A DNA stretch of 63,382 nt from Gemmatimonadales bacterium (GTDB lineage: Bacteria > Gemmatimonadota > Gemmatimonadetes > Gemmatimonadales > GWC2-71-9), in assembly GCA_025928645.1 (NCBI GenBank), contig JAICJD010000002.1, positions 1 through 63,382 on the forward strand, in the 5' to 3' direction. The translations under genes and the position numbers were made by a program. The notes beneath the pieces were generated by a model. That model did not search any database and was not told the origin of the DNA. It saw only the letters and a list, made by a program, of their open reading frames with translations. Below are positions 25,513 to 34,460 of the stretch, one piece after another; position 1 is the first letter of the stretch, and each line of letters starts with the position of its first letter.

Positions 25513-27960
25513 ATGCTGATCGTCCCGCGTGCACGGCACCGGACTCCGATCGCGCGACCGCTCACCGCCGGGCTCGTCCTGGCGGCTTTGCTGTGGCTTG
25601 GGGCGTGGGGCGCGGGCCCCCTGCCGCCCCTCGGGCCGCTGCTGGACCCCTGGCGCGGCGCGTGGGCGCTCGCCGCGTCGGCCCCGCGGTCGGCTCGAGG
25701 AGCGATTCCCGGGCTCGGAGCCGCCGTGCAGGTCGTGTACGACGACCGCGCGGTCCCCCACATCTTCGCAGAGACCCAGCTCGACGCGTTGCGTGCGCTT
25801 GGATACGTCGTCGCGCGCGACCGGCTGTTCCAGCTCGACCTGCAGGCGCGCGCCGGCGGCGGCACCCTGACCGAGCTGCTGGGACCGCGCGCGCTGGAGC
25901 TGGACCGTGAGGTCCGCGGGCTCGGCATGGCGCGCGCCGCCGAGCGCCTGAGCGGGGCGCTGCCCGACACCGGCGCAGAGCGCGCGGCGCTCGTCGCCTA
26001 CGCCGCCGGCGTCAACGCGTACATCGACTCGCTGACCGATCGCGCGCTGCCACTCGAATACCGGCTGCTCGGCCGGCGGCCCGCGCGCTGGACGCCGGAG
26101 CGAACGATCCAGGTGCTGCTCCGGATGGACTACGTCCTCACCCGGAACTCCACCGAGCTCGAGCGGCTGGCGGCCGCGGGCGCCGTCGGCGACGCCGCGG
26201 CGGCCGCACTGTTCCCCGCGCACGCGCCGATCCAGGAGCCGATCCAGCCCGCGCCAGGCGGGCCGCGCCGTATCCCTCTGCTCATCCCGCCGCCGGGGCC
26301 CCCCGATACGCTGTCCGGCGCGGTCGCGCGCGCATTTCAACCGGCGCCGCCGCAGGAGCTCGGCAGCAACAACTGGGCGGTCGCGCCGAGCCGCACGCGC
26401 GCCGGCGCGGCACTGCTCGCGGGCGACCCCCACCTCGACCTCACCCTGCCATCCATCTGGTACGAGGCGCACCTCGCGGTGCCCGACGGCCTGGACGTGT
26501 ACGGCGTCACGACCCCTGGCCTGCCGGCGATTCTCATCGGCTTCACCCGCGACGTCGCGTGGTCGTTCACCAACGTCGAAGCCGACCTCATGGACCGGTG
26601 GCTCGAAACCGTGGACGACACCCTGCGCCCGCGGCAGTACCGGCTGGACGGGCGCTGGGTGCCGCTCGAGCTCCGCCGCGAGATCTACCTCGGCCCCCAC
26701 GGCGACACGCTCGCGATCGACACGCTCCGCTTCACCCATCGGGGCCCGATGCAGCGGGTGGGCGGGGGCGGCCGATGGATCTCGCTTCGCTGGACCGCGC
26801 TGGAAGACGGCGTCCAGATCGGCACGTTCCCGCGGGCCGCGCGGGCGCACACCGCGCGCGAGTGGCTGGCGGCGATGGCATCGTACCGAACGCCGCCGCA
26901 GAACATGCTGGTCGCCGACCGCTCCGGGACTATCGCCATCCGGAGCACGGGGCGGTTTCCGATCCGCCGCGGCGACGGCCGCGGCGACCGGGTTCTCGAC
27001 GGCTCGACGCGGGCCACCGACTGGCAGGGCGACTGGCCGCTCGGCGAGGAGCCGCAAGCCGCGGCGCCGGCCCAGGGCTTTCTCGCGTCCGCCAACCAGG
27101 AACCACAGGACCCGCGCGACGGACGCCGCTATCTCGGAAGCGACTGGCCGATGCCCTGGCGAGCGCTCAGGATCAACCAGCTCCTGCGCGACGATAGCGC
27201 GGTCACGCCGGAAACGATGCGCCGCTGGCAGACCGACCCGGCGAGCCCGCGCGCCGACCTCATCGTGCCCTACTTGCTGGCCGCGGGCGCCACCCGGCCG
27301 GCGGATACCGCACTGCAGCACGCGCGGACACTGCTCGGCGCCTGGGACCGCCGGTACACGCTGGAGAACGAGGGCGCGGTGCTGTTCGAGAATGCGCTGC
27401 GCGGCGTGGCCGAGCGGTTGTGGGATGAGCTGCCGTCGAACGTGCGGCCCGGGTCCGGCGCGCTGGTCGCCCTGCTCGACGACCCGGCCAGCCCCTGGTG
27501 GGACGACCGCCGCACATCCGGCCGGCGGGAGCAGCGCGACGACATTCTCGCCGAGGCGCTGAAGGAGGGCTACAACGAAGCCGTGCGCGGCTACGGGCAG
27601 CCCGAGCTCGGCGGGTGGCGCTGGGCGCTCGTCCACCGGCTCGACCTCTGGCACCTGCTCCACATCGCCGGCCTCTCCCGGCTCGAGATCCCTGTGGCGG
27701 GCGGACCATCCACGCTCAGCCCTTCGAGCGTGACCGGCGGCGGCGAAGGCGCAAGCTGGCGCATGGTGGTCGAGCTCGGACCAGAGGTCCGCGGATGGGG
27801 CACGTACCCTGGTGGCCAGAGCGGCAATCCGGCCAGCCCGCGCTACGACGACCGGGTCGGCCAATGGACGCGCGGTGAGCTCGCACCGCTTTCGTTTCCG
27901 CATCGGCCCGCCGATCTGGTCCCCGCCGCCGATCTTCTGCTTCGGCCGTCCAGCCGGTGA
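25513..27960 (+). CDS. Penicillin/AHL acylase family protein (Ntn hydrolase, peptidase S45)
   Basis: 815 aa with an N-terminal signal/TM. The beta-subunit nucleophile context is GSNNWAVAPSRTRAGAALLAGDPHL, followed by WYEAHL and GVTTPGLPAILIGF. Confidence 0.9.
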   Translation: MLIVPRARHRTPIARPLTAGLVLAALLWLGAWGAGPLPPLGPLLDPWRGAWALAASAPRSARGAIPGLGAAVQVVYDDRAVPHIFAETQLDALRALGYVVARDRLFQLDLQARAGGGTLTELLGPRALELDREVRGLGMARAAERLSGALPDTGAERAALVAYAAGVNAYIDSLTDRALPLEYRLLGRRPARWTPERTIQVLLRMDYVLTRNSTELERLAAAGAVGDAAAAALFPAHAPIQEPIQPAPGGPRRIPLLIPPPGPPDTLSGAVARAFQPAPPQELGSNNWAVAPSRTRAGAALLAGDPHLDLTLPSIWYEAHLAVPDGLDVYGVTTPGLPAILIGFTRDVAWSFTNVEADLMDRWLETVDDTLRPRQYRLDGRWVPLELRREIYLGPHGDTLAIDTLRFTHRGPMQRVGGGGRWISLRWTALEDGVQIGTFPRAARAHTAREWLAAMASYRTPPQNMLVADRSGTIAIRSTGRFPIRRGDGRGDRVLDGSTRATDWQGDWPLGEEPQAAAPAQGFLASANQEPQDPRDGRRYLGSDWPMPWRALRINQLLRDDSAVTPETMRRWQTDPASPRADLIVPYLLAAGATRPADTALQHARTLLGAWDRRYTLENEGAVLFENALRGVAERLWDELPSNVRPGSGALVALLDDPASPWWDDRRTSGRREQRDDILAEALKEGYNEAVRGYGQPELGGWRWALVHRLDLWHLLHIAGLSRLEIPVAGGPSTLSPSSVTGGGEGASWRMVVELGPEVRGWGTYPGGQSGNPASPRYDDRVGQWTRGELAPLSFPHRPADLVPAADLLLRPSSR

Positions 27961-28289
27961 GGACGGCATTCCGTGTCGCCCTCTTCGCCGGACTGTCGGC
28001 GGCCGGAACCATCTATCTCGAATGGTGGGCGGTGCCCGCGCTCGCCGCGATCTGGGTGCGCGCGTTTCCTTCCGCCCGGCATTCGGTGCGCACGGCCGCC
28101 GTGGGCGCCGCGCTCGGCTGGGGCGCGCTCCTGCTCTGGGGAGCGGCGCAGGGCCCCGTGCTGGGGCTGGCGGCCCGGATGTCCACCGTCCTGTCGCTGC
28201 CGCACGGGGGCTTCCTGGCGGCAACGCTCGTCTGGCCGGCGCTCCTCGCGGGAGCGGCCGCTCTCACCGTGAAGCCCTCGCGAGGGTGA
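27957..28289 (+). CDS. Hypothetical small membrane protein (110 aa)
   Basis: Three or four hydrophobic helices (FRVALFAGLSAAGTIYLEWWAVPALAAIWV..., AALGWGALLLWGAA..., FLAATLVWPALLAGAAAL). The GTG start overlaps the acylase stop (GTGA). Confidence 0.5.
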   Translation: MRTAFRVALFAGLSAAGTIYLEWWAVPALAAIWVRAFPSARHSVRTAAVGAALGWGALLLWGAAQGPVLGLAARMSTVLSLPHGGFLAATLVWPALLAGAAALTVKPSRG

Positions 28290-28360
28290 CCTGCACCACG
28301 TCCGTGCCGCCGCCCGCGCCTTACCATGACCCGAGGGTCAACCGGCGCGGCGGAGGTTGG

Positions 28361-29377
28361 ATGAAGATCACGCTCAAGCCCATCAACGAGCAGGTCATGG
28401 TGATCACCGGCGCCTCCAGCGGCATCGGGCTCGCCACCGCGCAGATGGCCGCGGCCCTCGGCGCGCGGGTGGTGCTCACCTCTCGGGGCGAGGTGGATCT
28501 GCAGGCCGCCGTGGAGCGCATCCGCCAGGCAGGCGGACAGGCGATCTCGGTGGTGGCGGACGTCGCCGACGCGGAGGCGATGAAGCGCGTGGCGGCGGCG
28601 GCCGTGCGCGAGTTCGGCGCCATCGACACGTGGGTCAACAACGCCGGCGTCTCGATCTACGGCCGAATCGAGGCCGTGGGCCTGATGGACGCGCGCCGGC
28701 TGTTCGAGACCAACTACTGGGGCGTGGTGCACGGCAGCCTTGCCGCGCTGCCGCACCTCAAGGCCGGGGGCGGCGCGCTGATCAACATCGGCAGCGTGCT
28801 CTCCGACACCGGCTACCCGCTGCAGGGGCATTACACGGCCAGCAAACACGCGGTGAAGGGGTTCACGGACTCGCTGCGGCTCGAGCTCGAGAGCGCCGAG
28901 GCGCCCGTCTCCGTGACGCTGGTTCAACCCGCCGCCATCGACACCCCCTATCCCGAGCACGCCAAGAGCTACCTGGGCGTCGAGCCGACGCACATGCCGC
29001 CGGTGTACGCGCCCGAGGTGGTCGCGCGCGCGATCCTGGACAGCGCGCAGCGGCCGCGGCGGACCGTGCTGGTCGGAGGCGGCGCGAAGCTGTTCACCGC
29101 GGTCGAGCGCTACGTGCCCCGGGTGGGCGATCGGGTGAAGGAGGCGACGGCGATCGAGGGCCAGCGCACCGACCGTCCACCCCGGTTCGCGGACACCCTG
29201 TTCGGACCGCGACCGGGCGACGCACGGGTGCGCGGCCACTACGAGGGACACGTGATGGAGTCGAGCGCATATACGGGGCTTCGGCTCAACCGCCAGCGCG
29301 CGCTGATCGGCCTGGCGGCCGTCGGCGCGGCGGTCGCGCTATTGGACCGGGCGGGGCTCTTCGGCCGTGACGACTAG
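28361..29377 (+). CDS. SDR-family oxidoreductase with a C-terminal hydrophobic anchor
   Basis: VMVITGASSGIGLATA (TGxxxGxG), NNAGV, and YTASKHAV (YxxxK). GGAGG lies 5 nt upstream of ATG 28361. C-terminal LIGLAAVGAAVALL. Confidence 0.9.
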   Translation: MKITLKPINEQVMVITGASSGIGLATAQMAAALGARVVLTSRGEVDLQAAVERIRQAGGQAISVVADVADAEAMKRVAAAAVREFGAIDTWVNNAGVSIYGRIEAVGLMDARRLFETNYWGVVHGSLAALPHLKAGGGALINIGSVLSDTGYPLQGHYTASKHAVKGFTDSLRLELESAEAPVSVTLVQPAAIDTPYPEHAKSYLGVEPTHMPPVYAPEVVARAILDSAQRPRRTVLVGGGAKLFTAVERYVPRVGDRVKEATAIEGQRTDRPPRFADTLFGPRPGDARVRGHYEGHVMESSAYTGLRLNRQRALIGLAAVGAAVALLDRAGLFGRDD

Positions 29378-30074
29378 CGGGGCGCGGACCCGGGTCACCG
29401 GATCGGCGGCGGACTTCATTCCACCGAAGCCCACCCTGCCGCGGCTGCGCGAAGCGGCGGCGGGGTGCCGCGGCTGCCACCTGTGGGAGCACGCGACGCA
29501 GACGGTTTTCGGCGAGGGTCCCCGGAACGCGGAAGTGATGCTGGTGGGCGAGCAGCCGGGCGACCAGGAGGACCTGCAGGGTCACCCGTTCGTCGGACCG
29601 TCGGGCCGGCTGCTCGATGAAGGGCTCGTCGCCGCGGGGATTGACCGGCGAAGAGTGTACGTGACCAACGCCGTCAAGCACTTCAAGTTCGTCCGGGTCG
29701 AGCTCACCCGCCGGCGGCTGCACAAGAAGCCGTCGGCCGGCGAGGTCCGGGCCTGCCACCCGTGGCTCGAGGAGGAGATCCGTCTGGTGCACCCGCGGGT
29801 GATCGTGGCGCTGGGCGCCACCGCGGCGCAGGCGCTGCTCGGCCCCAGGTTCCGGGTGACCGAGCAGCGGGGGAAGGTGGTGCGCTCCGAATGGGCGGAG
29901 GCGGTGGTCGCGACGGTGCACCCGTCGGCGGTGCTGAGGGCGCCGCCCGAGGCGCGGGAGGAGGCGCGCCGCGAGTTCTTCGCGGATCTGGGCCGGGTGG
30001 CGCGCCTGCTGGGGAAAAGCATAGCGAGGACGGAGAGGGCGGAAATGACGGAGAGGGCGGAGAGGATCAACTAG
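29367..30074 (+). CDS. udgX: UdgX-type uracil-DNA glycosylase (family-4-related, Fe-S)
   Basis: GCRGCHLW, VMLVGEQPGDQEDLQGHPFVGPSGRLL, YVTNAVKHFKF, an R-loop RRRLH (KRRIH in the mycobacterial prototype), ACHPW, and ATVHPSAVLR. The last ~15 aa and the stop codon lie in the 9-nt repeat element. Confidence 0.8.
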   Translation: MTTSGARTRVTGSAADFIPPKPTLPRLREAAAGCRGCHLWEHATQTVFGEGPRNAEVMLVGEQPGDQEDLQGHPFVGPSGRLLDEGLVAAGIDRRRVYVTNAVKHFKFVRVELTRRRLHKKPSAGEVRACHPWLEEEIRLVHPRVIVALGATAAQALLGPRFRVTEQRGKVVRSEWAEAVVATVHPSAVLRAPPEAREEARREFFADLGRVARLLGKSIARTERAEMTERAERIN

Positions 30075-30123
30075 CCTCTCCGCCCTCTCCGTCCCCTCCG
30101 TCCCCTCCGTCCTCTCCGTCCTC
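30026..30123. repeat. Palindromic element with a 19-bp perfect stem flanked by a 9-nt-period array (CTCCGTCCC-like)
   Basis: Stem gacggagagggcggagagg (30047-30065) and cctctccgccctctccgtc (30075-30093). The loop atcaactag contains the udgX TAG. On the right side the G of CCGTC recurs every 9 nt five times. Fills the gap between the convergent genes udgX and the coiled-coil gene. Confidence 0.85.
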
Positions 30124-30124
30124 G

Positions 30125-32719
30125 TTATGCGTCCTCGTCGGCATCGCGCATCGAGGCCACCGCGGCGCTCACGTCGCACGCCATGGTGCGCTCCCGGCGC
30201 AGGGTCTCCACCATCGCCTCCGCCTGCTTGATGAGCAGGGTGAGGACCCCCGAGCGCTCGATCACGTGCTCCACGACCGCCCGCTGCGCCTGCAGCGCCT
30301 CGACCGTGGACCGCACCTCCATCGCCAGCGCTTCCGCGCGGGCCAGCCGCTGCTCGGTCCGCTCGAGCTGGCGGCGGCGCGCCTCGAAGCCGTGCAGCGA
30401 CTCCTCGGCGGCCTTGAGCTGGGCGTTCGTCTCCTGGAGCAGCTCGTGCGTTTCCTCGATCTCGCGCCGCGAGCCGCCGATCGTCTGCGCGTGCTCCACC
30501 GCGCGGTCGGCGAGGTCGAACACGTGCCGGACCTGCGCCTCGAGCGCATCCACCGCGCCCTGCCGCGCCAGCGTCTGCTCCAGCCCCTTCGCGGCCTCCG
30601 CCTGGGCGGATTCCCAATGGCCCAGCAAGCCCTCGAACTGCAAGAGCTGCCGTTCGACCGGCTTGAGCGCGTCGGCCCGCTTGGCCAGCTCGCCCGTGAG
30701 CTTGTCGAGCCCCTGCGCCTGGGTATCGGCCTTCTGCAGCGTGCCGCCGATGGTCCGGGTCAGCTCCTCGAGCCGCTGCGCCGTGTCGGCCGACTCCTGC
30801 CGCAGGGCCGACGCGCGGGTGAGATGCTCGGTAGCCTTGTCGAGCGCTCCCTGGCGCTGCTCGAGCTCTTGTCCCAGGACGCGGATGCGCTCCTCGAGCT
30901 CGTCGAGCTGGTTGGTGCGACCCTCGAGGGCGCGCACCGACTCGTCCACGCTCTCGAGCCGCCGCTCCGCCGCGCCCACCGAGGCGGCGACGGTGGACAT
31001 GGTCTCCGCGACCTGCTCCGCCTCCTCCGCGTGCGCCGCGAGCTGCCCGAAGCGCTGCTCCGCCCCGTCCATCCGGCCCCGCAGGCCTTCCGCCCGCTCC
31101 TTGAGCTCCGCGCACAGCCCGCCGAGCTCGCCGAGCCGGCGGTGGATCTCCTCCATGGTGACGCGCCGCTGGTCGATGTCGGCCATGGCCGCCTGCACTT
31201 CCTCGACCTCGCCGCGAATCCGCTCGACGGTCGGCTCCATGCCCCGGAGCTGCTCGATCTGCGCTTCGACCTTCCGGGTCCAGCCGTCGGTGACGATGAG
31301 CCAGCCCTGCGTCTCCGCGTGGCTCTCGCGCACCCGGATCATCTCGCTCTGCGCCAGCCGCATCTGCTCCAGCCCGTCGGCCAGCATCTCGTGCGTGCCC
31401 TTGAGCATGGCGAGCTGGCGCACCGCCTCGTCGAGCTGTGGCTTGAGCGCCTCGATGCGGTGCATCCGCTCCGCGGTGTCGCCCGCGAGGGTCTCGAGAT
31501 GCTCCGCGTTCTCGCGCATGACCGAGATCCGGCGGTTCTCCTCGGCCAGCCGCACCAGCTCCTGCGACAGCTCGCCCGTCTGCTCGGTAAGGCTCCGCAC
31601 CTGCGCCTGGACGGCCGCGGTGCCCTGGCTGGCGGCGTCGAGCACGGCGAACCGGGCCTCGCACTCCTTCACGGCGGACCGCAGGTCGCTCACGCGCTCG
31701 CTCACGGCGTGCAACCCGCGGTTCTCCAGCTCGAAGCTCTCGCTGCTCTTCCGCATCTGCTCCCGCAGGTCGGCGAGCGCCTGACGCGCGCCCTGCTGGG
31801 CCGCCTCGGCCTCCTGCTGCGCGCTCTGCAGCTCGTCGTTCCGGGCCATCACCTTGACGTGCAGCGCCTGGACGTCGGCGATCTTCTGCTCGATGGCGCC
31901 GAAGCGACGGATCTGCTCCTCCTGGCGGCGCAGCCAGGTGTCGAGCTCGCGGTCCATGACGGTGAGCTTGCTGATCTGACCGGCCGCCCGGTCCACGGCC
32001 TCGCGCTGCTGCTCGAGCGAGGTGGTCTTCTGGGCCAGGTGGTCGGCGAGCGACTTGAGCACGGCGAGCTGGTGCTGCACGCCGGGGATCGCCTCGGTGG
32101 CCTGGTGCAGCGGATCGAGCGAGTGCTCGACGGTCTGCAGCCGGCGCGTGGTCTCATCGAGACGGCCGAGCGCGGCCTGGTGCTCCTGGTCGATGGCCTC
32201 GAGCCGCGTCGTCGTCTGCCGGTGGGCACTCAGCGCGTCGTCGTGCTGGGCGCGGATCCGGCCGACGCCCTCGGCCATCTCGGCGATGTGGCTGCGCAGC
32301 GCGTCGGCCTCGCTCCGGAGCAGCGCCACCGGACCTTCCAGCCCGAGCACGCGCTCCACGTCGTCCCGGAGCGCGAGCGCGCCCTCGATCTGGCGGCCGA
32401 AGTCACCCATCCGCTCCTCGATCCGGTCGAGGTCCTTCCCCGCGCCGGCCAGCCGCTCGGCCTGACGCTCCGCGTCGGCGATGCGGTCGCCCATTGCTTC
32501 CATTTCCTGGACCCGCTGCTCGGCCGCCTCGCAGCGCTCCCGGAGCGCGTCGAGCTCGGCCGACCGCTCCATCATCGGCGCGAGCTGGCGAAGCTGCTCG
32601 GTCGCGGCCTCCGCCCGGCGAACCAGCGCCTCGAGCGCGGCCGTAACGTTCGCTCCGCTCTCATCCACGGCGACCACGGAATCGTCGTTGCGGCGGCGGC
32701 CTTTCAGAAACGTGACCAT
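30125..32719 (-). CDS. Large coiled-coil protein (864 aa), function unknown
   Basis: Heptad-like E/R/Q/L/A-rich sequence from end to end (for example LEQQREAVDRAAGQISKLTVMDRELDTWLRRQEEQIRRFGAIEQKIADVQALHVKV...). I see no TM helix, signal peptide or catalytic motif. Confidence 0.75.
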   Translation of the reverse strand: MVTFLKGRRRNDDSVVAVDESGANVTAALEALVRRAEAATEQLRQLAPMMERSAELDALRERCEAAEQRVQEMEAMGDRIADAERQAERLAGAGKDLDRIEERMGDFGRQIEGALALRDDVERVLGLEGPVALLRSEADALRSHIAEMAEGVGRIRAQHDDALSAHRQTTTRLEAIDQEHQAALGRLDETTRRLQTVEHSLDPLHQATEAIPGVQHQLAVLKSLADHLAQKTTSLEQQREAVDRAAGQISKLTVMDRELDTWLRRQEEQIRRFGAIEQKIADVQALHVKVMARNDELQSAQQEAEAAQQGARQALADLREQMRKSSESFELENRGLHAVSERVSDLRSAVKECEARFAVLDAASQGTAAVQAQVRSLTEQTGELSQELVRLAEENRRISVMRENAEHLETLAGDTAERMHRIEALKPQLDEAVRQLAMLKGTHEMLADGLEQMRLAQSEMIRVRESHAETQGWLIVTDGWTRKVEAQIEQLRGMEPTVERIRGEVEEVQAAMADIDQRRVTMEEIHRRLGELGGLCAELKERAEGLRGRMDGAEQRFGQLAAHAEEAEQVAETMSTVAASVGAAERRLESVDESVRALEGRTNQLDELEERIRVLGQELEQRQGALDKATEHLTRASALRQESADTAQRLEELTRTIGGTLQKADTQAQGLDKLTGELAKRADALKPVERQLLQFEGLLGHWESAQAEAAKGLEQTLARQGAVDALEAQVRHVFDLADRAVEHAQTIGGSRREIEETHELLQETNAQLKAAEESLHGFEARRRQLERTEQRLARAEALAMEVRSTVEALQAQRAVVEHVIERSGVLTLLIKQAEAMVETLRRERTMACDVSAAVASMRDADEDA

Positions 32720-33087
32720 GGTGACTCCAGTGAAGAGCGCGGGTGCGGCACGTCGGGACGGTTGGCGCGCAGTGAAGAAGATTTTGACACGTGGGCGACC
32801 CGCGCACCGAGTGCAACGGATGTGCCCGCTCCCGCGGACGCGAGCTTCCGGCGCCGCCCCGCGCGACCTGCCCGCGCAACCGAATGCAGGTAGCGAGGAT
32901 GGCCCTACCCACGAGAGCGAGGCAGCGCGGCCGAGAGCCGGTGAAGGGTGTCGGTGCGTCGCGACCTGCCGGGGGTTATCGCAGGTCGCGGGATGCGCCG
33001 ATGTCGGTGACCTCGCTCACGTCGGACGGCTCTCCCCGGGCCTACAATGCGTCTCGCAAGGCAGCTTCAGCGACACGAGGAGGCAGC

Positions 33088-33429
33088 ATGGCAGACAACA
33101 GGACCTGGGACCAGGAAGACCTGTGGTGGCGGGAGAACTTCAACTCTCGTCCCTACGCCAGCGGATACACGTACGATGAGTTTCGCCCCGCGTATCGGTA
33201 CGGATTCGAGTCCGGCCGGCACAACATGGGACGGAACTGGAAGGACGTCGAGTCGGACCTCCGCACCGGGTGGGACAAGTTCGAGCACCGGCCGGCGGGC
33301 GGGTCGGCCTGGGAGAACATCAAGGATGCCGTGCGCGATGCCTGGAATCGCGTCACCGGCCAGCGGGACGAAGTGGACGTCGACAAGATGAGCCAGGCCA
33401 GCAGCCCCAAATCGTCCCGCAACACCTAG
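33088..33429 (+). CDS. Hypothetical small protein (113 aa), W/Y/R-rich
   Basis: MADNRTWDQEDLWWRENFNSRPYASGYTYDEFRPAYRYGFESGRHNMGRNWKDVESDLRTGWDKFEH... AGGAGG lies 5 nt upstream of the ATG. Confidence 0.65.
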   Translation: MADNRTWDQEDLWWRENFNSRPYASGYTYDEFRPAYRYGFESGRHNMGRNWKDVESDLRTGWDKFEHRPAGGSAWENIKDAVRDAWNRVTGQRDEVDVDKMSQASSPKSSRNT

Positions 33430-33462
33430 TTCCACGCAAAGCGAAGCTGAGCGCAGCATCGG

Positions 33463-33491
33463 CGAGGCCCGGGCGGAATGTCCGGGCCTCG
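33463..33491. terminator. GC-rich hairpin between convergent genes (possible bidirectional terminator)
   Basis: cgaggcccgg-gcggaatgt-ccgggcctcg, a 10-bp perfect stem. No clear U-tract on either side. Confidence 0.45.
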
Positions 33492-33510
33492 CGGACGTCG
33501 GTATCCGCGC

Positions 33511-34380
33511 TCAGGCGTGCTGGAGATCGAGCGACTGCAGCGTGTCCGCGTCGAGCTCCAGGAGGGCCGCCGCGGTGTTCTCCTCGAGATGCGTCACCTT
33601 CGAGGTGCCCGGGATCGGCAGCATCACCGGCGAGCGGTGGAGCAGCCAGGCCAGGGCCACCTGGGACGGCTTGGCGCCCAGGCGCTCGGCCGCGCGCGCG
33701 AGCGCGCCGCCCTCCGAGGCGAGCTTGCCCGTCGCGAGCGGGAACCAGGGGATGAAGCCGATGTGCTCGGCTTCGCAGAAGTCGAGCACGTCCTCGCTCT
33801 TCCGGTTCGCGACGTTATAGAGGTTCTGAACGGTCACGATGTCGGCCAGGCCCTGAACTTCCCGGATCTGGGCCACGCTGACCTCGGACAGCCCGATGTG
33901 CCGGATCTTTCCTTCTTCCTGCAGCCGCGTGAGAGCGCCGATCTGATCGGCCACCGGCACCTTGGCGTCGATCCGGTGCAGCTGCAGCAGATCGATCTGC
34001 TCGAGCCGGAGCCGCTCCAGGCTTCCCAGAACCTGAGCGCGCAGATATTCGGGCCGGCCGTCTTCCCGCCACTGGTCCGGTCCCGGGCGCCGGAGGCCGG
34101 CTTTGGTGGCGATCACCAGCCCGTCCGGATACGGGTAGAGCGCCTCGGCGATGAGCCGCTCGCTCACTTCCGGCCCGTACGAATCCGCCGTGTCGATGAG
34201 ATTGATGCCGAGATCGAGACACCGGCGGAGCACCCGGATGGCCTCGTCGTGGTCCTCCGGCGGGCCCCAGATGCCCTTGCCGGTGATGCGCATCGCGCCG
34301 AAGCCCAGCCGGTGCACCGGGAGGTCGCCGCCGATGGCGAACGTGCCACTGCGAACGGCGGGACGGGAACTGTCTGCCAT
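33511..34380 (-). CDS. Aldo/keto reductase
   Basis: [44 protein letters not shown], and QNLYNV, all typical AKR motifs. Confidence 0.9.
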   Translation of the reverse strand: MADSSRPAVRSGTFAIGGDLPVHRLGFGAMRITGKGIWGPPEDHDEAIRVLRRCLDLGINLIDTADSYGPEVSERLIAEALYPYPDGLVIATKAGLRRPGPDQWREDGRPEYLRAQVLGSLERLRLEQIDLLQLHRIDAKVPVADQIGALTRLQEEGKIRHIGLSEVSVAQIREVQGLADIVTVQNLYNVANRKSEDVLDFCEAEHIGFIPWFPLATGKLASEGGALARAAERLGAKPSQVALAWLLHRSPVMLPIPGTSKVTHLEENTAAALLELDADTLQSLDLQHA

Positions 34381-34460
34381 GATGGGTCTCCTGTGAAAAG
34401 CGGAACCATGCGCCCGCAGGCCGTGACGCCGCGGGGACCTGGATCACCGGCCGGGATATA

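Noticed and set aside
25099-28224. 1041-aa minus-strand ORF
   Set aside because: It is antisense to the well-supported penicillin-acylase gene. It has extreme R/G/A/P content and no motifs.
29762-32893. 1043-aa plus-strand ORF, plus the 792-aa (29286..31664) and 533-aa (30183..31784) ORFs
   Set aside because: All are antisense or out of frame to the coiled-coil gene. That gene's GAG/CGC/CTG/GCC-rich codons leave the other frames free of stops. The translations are L/R/G/P or S/R/A low complexity.
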